The notes beneath the pieces are model-generated. The model was given only the letters and a program-made list of their open reading frames with translations. It was not told where the DNA came from and ran no database searches. Positions 18,718 to 29,009 of a stretch of DNA of 64,000 bases are shown piece after piece; positions within the stretch are counted from its first letter, which is position 1; each line of letters starts with the position of its first letter. Source of the stretch: an uncultured Gemmatimonadales bacterium (GTDB taxonomy: Bacteria > Gemmatimonadota > Gemmatimonadetes > Gemmatimonadales > GWC2-71-9); assembly GCA_963795085.1 (NCBI GenBank), contig CAWCFX010000003.1:256001-320000 (forward strand), read 5' to 3'. Position numbers and translations under genes: made by a program.

Positions 18718-19365
18718 ATGCGACGTCTTCTCCTCGCAGCAGTCCTGGTCCTCCCCCCCACGGCGGAAGCCCAGTCGATCGACAACGGCACCTTCAGTAT
18801 TCGGCGGGCAGGGAGGGAGATCGGCCGGGAGGAGCTGATGATCGAGGAGGGGCGCCGCGGCGTCCCCGGGGGCAGTACCGTCACCTCGAGGGTGCGGATC
18901 CCGGCTGTCGCCCCGACCTTCATCCAGGAATCGGTGATCGAACGCCGGGCGGACGGAAGCTTCGCCAACATGGTGATCAACTCCGCGACGGGATCGGTCT
19001 CGACGCGGATCATCGCCGAAGTCGCCCGGCATGCGCTCCGCATCCATACGGCCGCCGGGGGCACCGAGCGGATCCGGGAACTGCCGGCCGCGGCCAACCT
19101 GCTGGGACTGGCCGACAGCGCTTTTGCGCTCTATGCGCTGGCGGCCGATCTCGCGACCGCGGAACCGCTCGAGGTGACCGGAGTCTATCCGGCAGCCGCC
19201 CGACGGGTTTCGTTCACGGCCCGACGAGTGAGCGACCCGGCCCAGGGAACCCGCATCATACTGGCCGGGGAAATCGCCGGCACCATCTGGCTCGATTCCG
19301 AGGGTCATCTGCAGCGCATCGCCCTGCCGGATGCCGGCCTGGAAATCATTCGCCTGCGCCGGTAA
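18718..19365 (+). CDS. Hypothetical secreted protein
   Basis: Signal peptide (AEA|Q), beta-rich sequence, follows creatininase by 4 nt. Confidence 0.75.
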   Translation: MRRLLLAAVLVLPPTAEAQSIDNGTFSIRRAGREIGREELMIEEGRRGVPGGSTVTSRVRIPAVAPTFIQESVIERRADGSFANMVINSATGSVSTRIIAEVARHALRIHTAAGGTERIRELPAAANLLGLADSAFALYALAADLATAEPLEVTGVYPAAARRVSFTARRVSDPAQGTRIILAGEIAGTIWLDSEGHLQRIALPDAGLEIIRLRR

Positions 19366-19402
19366 GCGTTCCCGCCGCAGTCCCCATATAGCATAACCAA
19401 TT

Positions 19403-19464
19403 GACGAACAACTGTTTACCAGCTGTTCGTCGCAGGGTGAAACCTCCTGGATTGCCCCCCCGTA
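19403..19464 (+). promoter_or_regulatory. Inverted repeat plus ECF (sigmaW-like) promoter upstream of the tolC operon
   Basis: GACGAACA(19403-10)...TGTTCGTC(19424-31); TGAAAC(19438-43)-N17-CGTA(19461-64). Confidence 0.55.
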
Positions 19465-19505
19465 TGGGGGGCTGTCCTACCTTCCCGTTCCCCGAGGAAT
19501 CTGAC

Positions 19506-21026
19506 ATGGGTCGTGTGCTTGCTCTCAGCGTGCTCCTGGGTTTTCCATCGGTCGTGGCGGCCCAGGATTCAGTCAGAATGGCGATCCCTGCCCCAGCCGT
19601 GACCCTCACCCTCGCCGAGGCTCTGGAGCGGGCCCGGGGCAACAGTCCCGCCTTTCGCCAGGCCACCAATGATGCCGGCCCCGCGCGGTGGGGGGTCCGC
19701 AACGCCTACGGGAATTTTCTCCCGACCGTGAGCGTCAACGGGGGGGTCGGGTACACCGGGAGTGGCCAGTCCAATTTTGGCGGCGGCTTCATTCGGGAGA
19801 CGTCGCCGATCGTGAATTCCAACTACGGCCTGAACCTGAACTGGCAACTGGACGGTTCCGTGCTGAGCGGGCCGGGCCGGGCCAAGGCCAGCCAGCGGGC
19901 CACCGAGGCGGAAATCACCGGGGCCGAATCCAATCTCCGGTTCGATATCACCAACCAGTATCTCACCGCTCTCCAGGCGACGGCGCAGGTCGCCGTGAAC
20001 CGGCAGCAGGTGATCCGGCAGGACGACTTCCTTCGGCTGGCGCAGGCCAAGTACCAGGTGGGCCAGGCCACGCTGATCGATGTGCGGCAGGCCGAGGTGC
20101 AGAAGGGGCAGGCCGAGGTGACGCTGCTGCGGTCGGTGCAGGCGGAATACGATGCCAAGCTGGAGTTGTTCCGCCGGATGGGCCTGGTGCCCCCGGTGTC
20201 GGTGGCCCAGGTCGGGCTGACGGACTCGTTTGCGGTCACCCAGCCGGCGTTCGACCTGCCGCAGCTGCTGGCCCTCGCGGAAGGAGAGAACCCCAGCCTC
20301 CGCGCGCTGCAGGCGCGGGAAGACGCGGCACAGTGGCAGGTGCGCGCGGCCAAGTCGCAGTATCTGCCGACGATCTCGGTCAATGCCGGGTGGGCCGGGT
20401 TCACTCAGCGGGTGACCGATGGGCAGTCGCTGGTGGACCAGGCGTATAACAGTGCCCTGGCCGGAGCCACCCAGTGCGACATCGACAACCAGATCCGGGC
20501 CGGCATCAACCCGCCGCTTTCCCCGCTCAATTGCGATGCCCAGTTCTCCGATCCGACCCGGACCCAGTTGAACCCGACGCTCCGCAACTCGATTCTTTCC
20601 ACCAACGACGTGGGCCTCTTCAACTTCGAGAGCCAGCCGTTCCGGGTCTCCCTGACGGTCTCGCTGCCGATCTTCACCGGCTTCAGCCGGAGCCTGCAGG
20701 TCTCCCAGGCGCGGGCGGCCCAGCTCGACCTCGACGAGAGCGTACGGGCCCAGGGGCTGCTGGTCCGCAGCGATGTCGAGTCGCGCTACCTGTCCATCCA
20801 GACCTCCCACCAGGCGATCCTGGTGCAGCAGGCCAACCGGCAGGCGGCGGAGGACCAGCTCCGGCTGGCGCAGGACCGCTACCGGCTGGGCAGCGGCAAC
20901 TCGCTGGAGCTGTCGACGGCCCAGAGTGACCTGGTTCGGGCGGAAGGCGACTATATCAACGCGGTCTACGATTATCACAAAGCCGTCGCGGCACTGGAAG
21001 CCGCGGTGGGCCGTCCTCTCCGTTAA
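19506..21026 (+). CDS. TolC family outer membrane efflux protein
   Basis: GAGG RBS, signal peptide, two OEP repeats (FLPTVSV; YLPTISV; RYRLGSG). Confidence 0.93.
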   Translation: MGRVLALSVLLGFPSVVAAQDSVRMAIPAPAVTLTLAEALERARGNSPAFRQATNDAGPARWGVRNAYGNFLPTVSVNGGVGYTGSGQSNFGGGFIRETSPIVNSNYGLNLNWQLDGSVLSGPGRAKASQRATEAEITGAESNLRFDITNQYLTALQATAQVAVNRQQVIRQDDFLRLAQAKYQVGQATLIDVRQAEVQKGQAEVTLLRSVQAEYDAKLELFRRMGLVPPVSVAQVGLTDSFAVTQPAFDLPQLLALAEGENPSLRALQAREDAAQWQVRAAKSQYLPTISVNAGWAGFTQRVTDGQSLVDQAYNSALAGATQCDIDNQIRAGINPPLSPLNCDAQFSDPTRTQLNPTLRNSILSTNDVGLFNFESQPFRVSLTVSLPIFTGFSRSLQVSQARAAQLDLDESVRAQGLLVRSDVESRYLSIQTSHQAILVQQANRQAAEDQLRLAQDRYRLGSGNSLELSTAQSDLVRAEGDYINAVYDYHKAVAALEAAVGRPLR

Positions 21027-21038
21027 CAAGGAACGCAC

Positions 21039-22316
21039 ATGTCGCGACGTATGAAGTTGGGTCTCGTGGGTGGCGTGCTCATCGCGCTGATCGGCATTCC
21101 GCTCGCCCTGAGCGCCGCCCGCCGGGGTAACAAGGCGACCGACGTGCGGATCGAAAGTGTGGGACGGCGGGACCTGGTCTCGACGGTGACCGCGAGCGGA
21201 CGGATCGACGCGAAGACGTCGGTCGCGGTAAGCGCCGATATCACCGGCCGGATCACCCGGATCGGCGTGCGGGAGGGCGACCTGGTACGGAAGGGCCAGT
21301 TCCTTCTTCAGATCGACCCGACCACCTATGAGGCCGCGGTGGCGCGGTCTCAGGCGCTGGTGGCCTCGAGCCAGGCCCAGATGGTCCAGGCCAAGGCGAC
21401 CCTGGACCAGGCGGACCGGGCGCTTACCAGGGCGCAGGAGCTGCAGAAATCCGGCTCCACGCTGATTTCCGTGGAGGCGGTGGAGCAGGCCCAGACCTCG
21501 GTGGACGTGGCGCGGGCCAACTACAACGCCGCCCGGGCCCAGGTGGAGCAGGCCCAGGCGGGCCTCCAGGAGGCCCGCGACAACCTGTCCAAGACCCGCC
21601 TGGTGGCGCCCATGGCGGGCCGGGTGGTGCGGCTGCCGGTGGAGGAGGGGGAAGTCGCGGTGCCCGGCACCTTCTCCAGGGAGACAGCGCTGCTGATGAC
21701 CATTGCGGACCTGTCGGTGGTGCTGGCCAAGGTGAAGGTGGACGAGACCGACGTGGTGCGGCTGCACCTCGGCGATTCCGTCCAGGTGAGCATCGACGCG
21801 TTCCCCGACACGTCGTTCACCGGCCGAGTCACCGAGATCAGCAACAGCGCCCAGCTCACCGCTACCTCCACCGCCGGCGGCTCCAGTGACCGGGCCGTGG
21901 ACTTTGACGTCGAGGTGACCCTCGACAATCCCCCGGCGGACATCCGGCCCGACCTGAGCGCCACCGCCAAGATCATCACCGATACCCGGAAGAGCGTGCT
22001 GGCACTGCCGATCATCGCCCTGACGGTACGCGAGAACCAGGTGGTGCCCAACGAATCGGCCCCTCCGGCGGCCCCGGCCGATACCGGCGCCCGGAAGAAA
22101 AAGGAGACCGAGGGCGTCTTCGTGGTCCGCAACGACCAGGCCTTCTTCGTACCGGTCCGGGTGGGCATCGCCGGCGAGGAGCATTTCGAGATCCTGACCG
22201 GCCTCAAGGAGGGCGACCGGATCGTGGCGGGCAGTTACCAGGCCATCCGGGAACTCAAGGACAGCACCCGGGTCCGGGCCAGCAACGACAGCGCCCGCGC
22301 CGGAGGCCCCCAGTGA
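21039..22316 (+). CDS. MacA-like periplasmic adaptor (membrane fusion protein)
   Basis: N-terminal [35 protein letters not shown]. Confidence 0.93.
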   Translation: MSRRMKLGLVGGVLIALIGIPLALSAARRGNKATDVRIESVGRRDLVSTVTASGRIDAKTSVAVSADITGRITRIGVREGDLVRKGQFLLQIDPTTYEAAVARSQALVASSQAQMVQAKATLDQADRALTRAQELQKSGSTLISVEAVEQAQTSVDVARANYNAARAQVEQAQAGLQEARDNLSKTRLVAPMAGRVVRLPVEEGEVAVPGTFSRETALLMTIADLSVVLAKVKVDETDVVRLHLGDSVQVSIDAFPDTSFTGRVTEISNSAQLTATSTAGGSSDRAVDFDVEVTLDNPPADIRPDLSATAKIITDTRKSVLALPIIALTVRENQVVPNESAPPAAPADTGARKKKETEGVFVVRNDQAFFVPVRVGIAGEEHFEILTGLKEGDRIVAGSYQAIRELKDSTRVRASNDSARAGGPQ

Positions 22317-23017
22317 GCGACGCCGTGATCAGCGTCCGCGACCTGGCCCGGCAATACACCATGGGGGGCGAGACCATTCACGCCCTCCGCGGGCTCAGTC
22401 TCCAGATCCGGCGCAACGAGTACGTCGCGATCATGGGGCCCTCGGGATCGGGCAAGTCCACCCTGATGAACCTCCTGGGATGCCTGGACACGCCCAGCGC
22501 CGGCGAGTACTGGCTCAACGGCCAGGAGGTCTCCCGGCTCTCGGATACCGCGCTCGCCCGGGTGCGGAACCGGGAGATCGGGTTCGTGTTCCAGACCTTC
22601 AACCTGCTGGCCCGGGCCACCGCGCTCCACAACGTGGAGTTGCCGCTGGTCTATGCGGGGGCCAGCGGCGCCGACCGGCGGCAGCGGGCAGTCACGGCGC
22701 TGACCCGGGTGGGGCTGGCCGATCGGATGCACCACCGCCCCAACGAACTGTCCGGCGGGCAGCGGCAGCGGGTGGCGATCGCCCGCGCGCTGGTGAACCA
22801 GCCGTCCATTCTCCTGGCGGACGAACCCACCGGGAACCTGGACAGCACTACCAGCGAAGAGATCATGCGGGTATTCGGGTCGCTCCATGCCCAGGGCCAG
22901 ACGGTGATCCTGGTGACGCACGAGGCGTCGATCGCCGCCTACGCCCACCGGGTGGTGGTCATCAAGGACGGGCAGATCGCGAGCGACCTCCCCAACTCCT
23001 CCATCGCGGCGGCCTAG
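22313..23017 (+). CDS. ABC transporter ATP-binding protein (MacB/LolD type)
   Basis: [36 protein letters not shown]. Confidence 0.96.
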   Translation: MSDAVISVRDLARQYTMGGETIHALRGLSLQIRRNEYVAIMGPSGSGKSTLMNLLGCLDTPSAGEYWLNGQEVSRLSDTALARVRNREIGFVFQTFNLLARATALHNVELPLVYAGASGADRRQRAVTALTRVGLADRMHHRPNELSGGQRQRVAIARALVNQPSILLADEPTGNLDSTTSEEIMRVFGSLHAQGQTVILVTHEASIAAYAHRVVVIKDGQIASDLPNSSIAAA

Positions 23018-24260
23018 ATGCGGCTTATCGAAGCGATCCGGATGGCGATGGGGGCGATCCGGGCCCAGAAGCTCAAGAGCTTCTTCTCGCTCATCGGGGT
23101 GCTGATCGGCGTGATGTTCCTGATCGCGGTGGTGTCCATCGTGCAGGGCATGAACGTGTACATCGAGGAACGTTTTGCCAACACGCTGATCGGCCTGAAC
23201 ACCTTCAAGCTGCGGCAGCGGCCGGACTTCACGCCCGGGAATGTCACCGATGAGCAATGGCTGGAATGGCGGCGGCGGCCCCGGATCAGCTACGCCGATG
23301 CCGAATTCGTGACCGATCGGATCACCATGCCGGTCATCGCCGCCAAGTACTGCCGCGACAACGTGACCGTTACCTACGGGAGCAAGCAGGCCAAGGACAT
23401 CGACTTGATCGGCACCGAAGTCAGCTACTTCACGATCAAGGATTACGAGATCACCAACGGCCGGGCCTTTACGGCGCAGGAAGTGCGGGCCGGGATGCCG
23501 GTGCTGGTAGTGGGCAGCGAACTGGGAAGCAAGCTGTTCGAGGGCCAGGACCCGGTGGGCAAGGAAGTGCGGGTCGGCGGGCTGCCCTACCGGGTGATCG
23601 GGGTGGTGGCGGAGCAGGGCAACCTCTTCGGCTTTTCGCTCGACAAGTTCGCCCTGATGCCGTACTCCGCGCAGGGACGCCGGCTGATCTGTCCCATCAA
23701 CATCCTCGACGAGCTGGTGGTGAAGGCCGCCAACACCACCGACCTCCGGGTCGCGATGAACGAGGCCGAGGCCGCCATGCGGGCGCGGCGGGGGCTGCGT
23801 CCCGGGGCAGGAGAACAACTTCTCGCTGGAGACCTCCGAGGGGGTGCTCGATTTCTGGGGCAAGATCTCCCGGGTGCTGTTCATGGCGCTGCCGGGCCTG
23901 GTCGCCATCTCGCTGGTGGTCGGAGGCATCGTGATCATGAATATCATGCTGATGGCGGTCACCGAGCGGACCCGGGAGATCGGCATCCGCAAGGCGCTGG
24001 GCGCCACCCGGCGGGACATCCTGTCGCAGTTCCTGGTGGAATCGGCCACCCTCTCCACGGCGGGGGCGGCCATGGGGATCCTGCTGGGGCTGGGCATGGC
24101 CTTCCTGGTCAAGATGCTCACCCCGCTCCCGGCGGCCGTGGCCCCCTGGTCCATCGCCGTGGGCGTACTCCTCGGCATCCTGGTCGGGGTCACCGCCGGC
24201 GTGTACCCGGCGAGCCGGGCCGCCCGGCTCAACCCCATTGACGCCCTGAGGGCCGAATGA
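23018..24260 (+). pseudogene. MacB/FtsX-family ABC permease (type A1), +1 frameshift at about 23801-23807
   Basis: The N-part ends at ...GLRP and the shifted frame continues PGQENNFSLE...VGGIVIMNIMLMAVTERTREIG. There is one extra base in CCCGGGG. Confidence 0.85.
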
Positions 24261-25519
24261 AACCGATTCGTGGCGTAGGCCTGTTCCGCCTCTTCGAAGG
24301 GGTGGGGATGGCGCTGGATTCCCTCGTCGCGAACAAGGTTCGCGCCGCCCTGACCATCCTGGGCGTGGCGATCGGGGTGATGGTGGTCATCGCGATGGCC
24401 TCGGTGATCACCGGCATCAACCGGAGCGTCACCCAGATGCTGGAGGACGCCGGCCCCAAGACCTTCTACGTGTTCAAGTACTGGCAGTCGGGCCTCCACG
24501 TCTCCGACGGCTCGGACGAACTCTCACCCTGGCGGCGCAATCCCTGGATCTCGGTCGCCGAGGCCAACCTGATCCGGGACCTGCCGGGAATCCGCGACGT
24601 CACCGTCCAGGAGGGCACCGGCGGGCCGGTCAGCTACGACGGCACCACCCTCAGCAGCGTGGATATTGCCGGTTTCAGCCCCAGCTGGATCCTGGTCACC
24701 GGCGGGCAGCTGCGGCAGGGGCGCAATTTCACCGAGATGGAGTATGCGTCCCGCGCCCGGGTGGTGGTCATCAACGACAAAGTGGCGGAGACCCTGTTCC
24801 TCAACGTCGATCCGATCGGGAAGCAGATCAAGATCTTCGGCCTGCCCTTCCAGGTCGTCGGCGTCCACGTCGCGGCGGCGACCCTGTTCGGCAACGAGGC
24901 CAGCCCCCGGATGGCGATTCCCCACAGCACCTTCGAGAAGGTGGCGGACTACTGGAAGGGCTGGATGAACCTGGTGGTGACGCCCCACGACGAGGTCACC
25001 GTCGCCGAGGCGCAGGACCAGGTGACCGCGGCGCTCCGCACCAGCCGGGGGCTCAAGCCGTCGGCCGACAACAACTTCACCGTGGTGACCCAGGACAAGT
25101 TCCTGGAGAGCTGGAACTCGATGACGGCGGGGTTCTTCGCGGTCATGTTCGCGCTTTCCAGCGTGGGCCTCATGGTGGGTGGCGTCGGCGTCATCGCCAT
25201 CATGATGATCTCGGTGACCGAGCGGACCCGGGAGATCGGCGTCCGCAAGGCACTGGGGGCCACCCGCCGGGAGATCATGTTCCAGTTCCTGGTGGAGGCC
25301 GTCACCCTGACGCTGGTGGGCTGCCTGGTCGGCATGGCGATCGGGGTCCTCATCGCCTGGACGATCCGGACCCTGATCCCGGTCCTGCCGGCCGCCGTGC
25401 CGCTCTGGTCGGTCGTTGCGGCTCTCATCTCCGCCACCCTGACCGGGGTGCTCTTCGGGCTCTACCCGGCCAACAAGGCGTCGAAGCTGGACCCGGTGGA
25501 GGCGCTGCGGTACGAGTAA
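24257..25519 (+). CDS. MacB/FtsX-family ABC permease (type B1)
   Basis: RAALTILGVAIG; VGGVGVIAIMMISVTERTREIG; LDPVEALRYE. Confidence 0.94.
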   Translation: MKPIRGVGLFRLFEGVGMALDSLVANKVRAALTILGVAIGVMVVIAMASVITGINRSVTQMLEDAGPKTFYVFKYWQSGLHVSDGSDELSPWRRNPWISVAEANLIRDLPGIRDVTVQEGTGGPVSYDGTTLSSVDIAGFSPSWILVTGGQLRQGRNFTEMEYASRARVVVINDKVAETLFLNVDPIGKQIKIFGLPFQVVGVHVAAATLFGNEASPRMAIPHSTFEKVADYWKGWMNLVVTPHDEVTVAEAQDQVTAALRTSRGLKPSADNNFTVVTQDKFLESWNSMTAGFFAVMFALSSVGLMVGGVGVIAIMMISVTERTREIGVRKALGATRREIMFQFLVEAVTLTLVGCLVGMAIGVLIAWTIRTLIPVLPAAVPLWSVVAALISATLTGVLFGLYPANKASKLDPVEALRYE

Positions 25520-25521
25520 AC

Positions 25522-25558
25522 GTGAGAGGTGAGCAGTAAGAGGTGAGACGTGAGTGGG
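25522..25558. repeat. Intergenic heptamer tandem repeat (GTGAGAS-like)
   Basis: gtgagag gtgagca gtaagag gtgagac gtgagtg. Confidence 0.7.
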
Positions 25559-25631
25559 GTCGGGGCAGCCGGCAATGGCTGGCGCCGACCCCCCTTTCCA
25601 TTCCGGATTTCTCCCCCGGTTACATTTGGTC

Positions 25632-26876
25632 ATGCCCCTCAGCGAAGCCCTCCTTCTCGCGCTCCAGGCCATCTGGGGCAGCAAGCTGCGCTCGTTTTTC
25701 ACCCTCCTCGGCATCATCGTGTCCGTAGGGTTCCTGGTGGCCGTGGTCGCCATCATCCAGGGCATGAACGCTTACGTCAAGGAGAACATCACCGGCGCGG
25801 TGATCGGCACCAACGCCTTCCAGGTGCGCCGGACGCCGATTGCCTTCGGGCTTCTCGATGACGAGGCGGTCCGGGCCATCAACAAGCGGCCGCTGGTCAG
25901 CCGGCGGGACGCCGAGGTGGTGGCGCGGGCGCTGCCGGATGCCCAGGCCGTCGCGTTCCAGTCCGGCTGGCCCACGCCGACCAATGACATGGTCTATGGC
26001 AACCGCACCGTGGGCGACGTGCTGGTCTTCGGGATCACGCCTCCGTTCCAGATCGTCCGCGATTACCGGTTCGCGGCCGGCGAGCCGCTGGCCGACCCCG
26101 ACATCAACGAGCGACGTTACACCACGGTCATCGGGTTCGACGTCGCCGACAAGCTCTTCGGCGATCCCTACCAGGCGATCGGCAAGCGGGTCCGGTTGGG
26201 CGGGCGGGAACTGGTCGTGAAAGGCGTTATCGCCCGGAAGGGAAAGGTGCTGGGGCAGTCGTTCGACGGGTTCGCGCTGCTGCCCTACTCCACGTTCGAA
26301 GCAATGTATGGCCGCCGCAAGACGACCGTGGTGTCGGTCAAGATGACCGATGCGGACCAGGTGGAAGCCGGGATGGAGCGGGCCGAGGAGGCCATGCGGA
26401 TCGCCCACCGGCTCCGGCCCGGGGAGCCCAATGATTTCACCGTGGACAAGGCCGATTCGCTGGTGGAGTTCTGGCGCAACCTCACCCGGATGCTCTTCAC
26501 GGTGATCCCGGCGGTGGTGTGCATCGGCGTCGTGGTGGGCGGCATCGTCATCATGAACATCATGCTGATGACCGTCACCGAGCGGACCCGGGAGATCGGC
26601 GTCCGCAAGTCGCTGGGCGCCACCCGGGCCGACATCCGGCGCCAGTTTCTCATCGAGGCAGTCACCCTGTCCTTCCTGGGGGGCGTCCTCGGCGTGGCGG
26701 GCGGCTGGATGCTCGCCCTGGGAGTGGCTGCCGCCACGCCCCTGCCCGCCCGGGTCACGCTCTGGTCGGTCAGCCTGGCGCTGGCCCTGGGCGCCGGCAC
26801 CGGAATCCTGTTCGGGGTCTATCCCGCCACCCGGGCGGCCCGGCTGGACCCCATTACCGCGCTCCGGGCCGAATAA
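25632..26876 (+). CDS. MacB/FtsX-family ABC permease (type A2)
   Basis: RSFFTLLGIIVSV; VGGIVIMNIMLMTVTERTREIG; LDPITALRAE. Confidence 0.94.
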   Translation: MPLSEALLLALQAIWGSKLRSFFTLLGIIVSVGFLVAVVAIIQGMNAYVKENITGAVIGTNAFQVRRTPIAFGLLDDEAVRAINKRPLVSRRDAEVVARALPDAQAVAFQSGWPTPTNDMVYGNRTVGDVLVFGITPPFQIVRDYRFAAGEPLADPDINERRYTTVIGFDVADKLFGDPYQAIGKRVRLGGRELVVKGVIARKGKVLGQSFDGFALLPYSTFEAMYGRRKTTVVSVKMTDADQVEAGMERAEEAMRIAHRLRPGEPNDFTVDKADSLVEFWRNLTRMLFTVIPAVVCIGVVVGGIVIMNIMLMTVTERTREIGVRKSLGATRADIRRQFLIEAVTLSFLGGVLGVAGGWMLALGVAAATPLPARVTLWSVSLALALGAGTGILFGVYPATRAARLDPITALRAE

Positions 26877-28111
26877 TGCTCGACCGGGTGAGCGAGGGGT
26901 TCTTCATCGCCCTCGACGCGATGCGCGCCAACAAGGCCCGCTCCGCCCTCACCGTGCTCGGCGTGGTGATCGGCGTCTCCACCGTGATGACCATGGCCTC
27001 CCTCGTCCAGGGCCTCAAGAACCAGATCCTCGGTACCCTCGAGGTGGCCGGCCCCACCACGTTCTACGTGGTCCGCTTCTTCTCGCAGACCCCACTCAAC
27101 CCGGACGACCTGCCCTACGAAGTACGCATCCGCCCGGTGATCAGGGAGGAGGACGCCGAAGCCATTCGCCGAATCCCGGAGATCCGGTATGCCGGCGTGT
27201 GGATTCAGCTCTTTCAGCGGGTCGAGTACCAGGGGATCCGGACCCAGGCGCTCACCGTGTGGGCCGCGGACGACCAGTACATGGAGGTCCAGGGAGGCAC
27301 CCTGCTGGCAGGCCGGTTCTTCAGCCGGGCCGAACTCACCGGCGAACCGGTGGCCGTCCTGGAGGACGCCGTCGCCACCCGGTTGTTCGGACAGGTGAAC
27401 CCGCTGGGTAAGCTGGTGCGGATCGGGGGCAGTGCCCTCAAGGTCATTGGGATCTACCAGAAACCGGAGAATATCTTCGAGCCCCCCGGCCAGGTGACCG
27501 GCGCCATCATCCCCTACCAGATGGCGCGGTACAATTACCGGTACGACGAGACCAACGGGCTGTTCCTCACGGTCAAGGGCCGGCCCCTGGTCCCGGTGGA
27601 CCGGGCCCAGGACCTGGTCACCGTGGCGCTCCGCAAGGCCCGCCGGCTCCGGCCCGGCATCCCCAATACGTTCGACCTGGTGACCCAGGACCAGATTCTC
27701 GATACCATCAACAGCCTGACGGGGGCCTTTTTCGGGGTCATGGTCGCGCTCTCCAGCGTGGCGCTGCTGGTGGGCGGGATCGGCGTGATGGCGATCATGA
27801 TGGTGTCGGTCACTAATCGGACCAGGGAAATCGGGCTCCGCAAGGCGGTAGGGGCCACCCGGCGGGAAATCCTCTGGCAGTTTTTGGTGGAGGCCGCCAC
27901 CCTGACACTCCTGGGCGGGCTCCTGGGCATCGCCGTTGGGCTGGGTGCCGGGCAGATACTCAAGTCGGTCATCGGCCTCCAGTCCGGGGTGCCACTGTGG
28001 AGCGCCGTGGTCGCCTGCCTTGTGAGCGTCGCCATCGGGCTTACGTTTGGCATGTACCCCGCCAACCGGGCCAGCCGAATGGACCCGGTGGAGGCGTTGC
28101 GCCATGAGTGA
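26876..28111 (+). CDS. MacB/FtsX-family ABC permease (type B2)
   Basis: TAATG overlap; RSALTVLGVVIG; VGGIGVMAIMMVSVTNRTREIG; MDPVEALRHE. Confidence 0.94.
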   Translation: MLDRVSEGFFIALDAMRANKARSALTVLGVVIGVSTVMTMASLVQGLKNQILGTLEVAGPTTFYVVRFFSQTPLNPDDLPYEVRIRPVIREEDAEAIRRIPEIRYAGVWIQLFQRVEYQGIRTQALTVWAADDQYMEVQGGTLLAGRFFSRAELTGEPVAVLEDAVATRLFGQVNPLGKLVRIGGSALKVIGIYQKPENIFEPPGQVTGAIIPYQMARYNYRYDETNGLFLTVKGRPLVPVDRAQDLVTVALRKARRLRPGIPNTFDLVTQDQILDTINSLTGAFFGVMVALSSVALLVGGIGVMAIMMVSVTNRTREIGLRKAVGATRREILWQFLVEAATLTLLGGLLGIAVGLGAGQILKSVIGLQSGVPLWSAVVACLVSVAIGLTFGMYPANRASRMDPVEALRHE

Positions 28112-28115
28112 GACA

Positions 28116-28216
28116 GGGGCAAGGGGGCAAGGGGGTATGGGGGTATGGGGGTATGGGGATATGGGGGGATGGGGGGATGGGCTGGACCACTGGACCACTT
28201 GACCACTTGACCACTT
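28116..28216. repeat. Intergenic array of octamer tandem repeats (G-rich, then TKGACCAC)
   Basis: GGGGCAAG x2, GGGGTATG x3, GGGATATG, GGGGGATG x2, then TGGACCAC x2 and TTGACCAC x2. Confidence 0.9.
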
Positions 28217-28223
28217 ATGACAA

Positions 28224-28940
28224 ATGCCCGTTGACATTCTGGCCATCGCGGCCCACCGGGACGACGTCGAGCTCACCTGCGCCGGTACCCTGATCAAGGC
28301 GGTGGATGCCGGCTACCGCACCGGAATTCTGGACCTGACCGCCGGAGAGAGTGGCACCCGGGGCAGCGCCGCGCTGCGGGCCGAGGAAGCCGGGCGGGCG
28401 GCGACGATCCTGGGCGCGAGCGAGCGGAGAAACGCCGGCCTGCCGGACGCGCACCTGCAGAACACCGAGGAGACCCGGCGGATGGTGATCGAGCAGATCC
28501 GCCACTTCGCGCCCCGGGTCGTCATCCTGCCGTTCGCGGTGGGCCGGCACCCCGACCACCGGGTCGCGTCGGAACTGGGACGGGACGCCTGTTTTCTCTC
28601 GGGACTCGCGCGCTACCCCGCCGACGGGACGCCGCACCGTCCCCACAAGATTCTCTACGCCCTGTCCTACCGTGAGGACCCGCTCAAGCCCACCTTCGTG
28701 GTGGACATCTCGGCGGAATTCGACCGGAAGCTCGCCGCGATCAAGTGCTACGCCAGCCAGTTCGACGGCGCCAAGGCCGCGGGGGAGATCTTCCCCACCG
28801 GGCAGGACCTCTACGGCCTGGTGGAGACCCAGAACGCGCATTACGGGTCGCTGATCCGGCGGCGCTACGGGGAACCGTTCTACACCCACGAAACGGTGCT
28901 GGTGGAGGATGTCGTGACGCTGGACGTTCAGAGCATGTGA
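28224..28940 (+). CDS. bshB1: Bacillithiol biosynthesis deacetylase BshB1 (PIG-L family)
   Basis: DILAIAAHRDDVEL, DLTAGESGTRG, RHPDH, PTFVVDIS, YASQF. Confidence 0.85.
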   Translation: MPVDILAIAAHRDDVELTCAGTLIKAVDAGYRTGILDLTAGESGTRGSAALRAEEAGRAATILGASERRNAGLPDAHLQNTEETRRMVIEQIRHFAPRVVILPFAVGRHPDHRVASELGRDACFLSGLARYPADGTPHRPHKILYALSYREDPLKPTFVVDISAEFDRKLAAIKCYASQFDGAKAAGEIFPTGQDLYGLVETQNAHYGSLIRRRYGEPFYTHETVLVEDVVTLDVQSM

Positions 28941-29009
28941 CGCTGCGCTCTGTATCCAGCACGGGGTCCTGAGTCTTACCCCCGCCCCCCCGCCGGGCTA
29001 TTTTCCAGC

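Noticed and set aside
28116..28216. Repeat arrays as CRISPR
   Set aside because: The units are 7-9 nt tandem repeats without unique spacers, and no cas genes are present.
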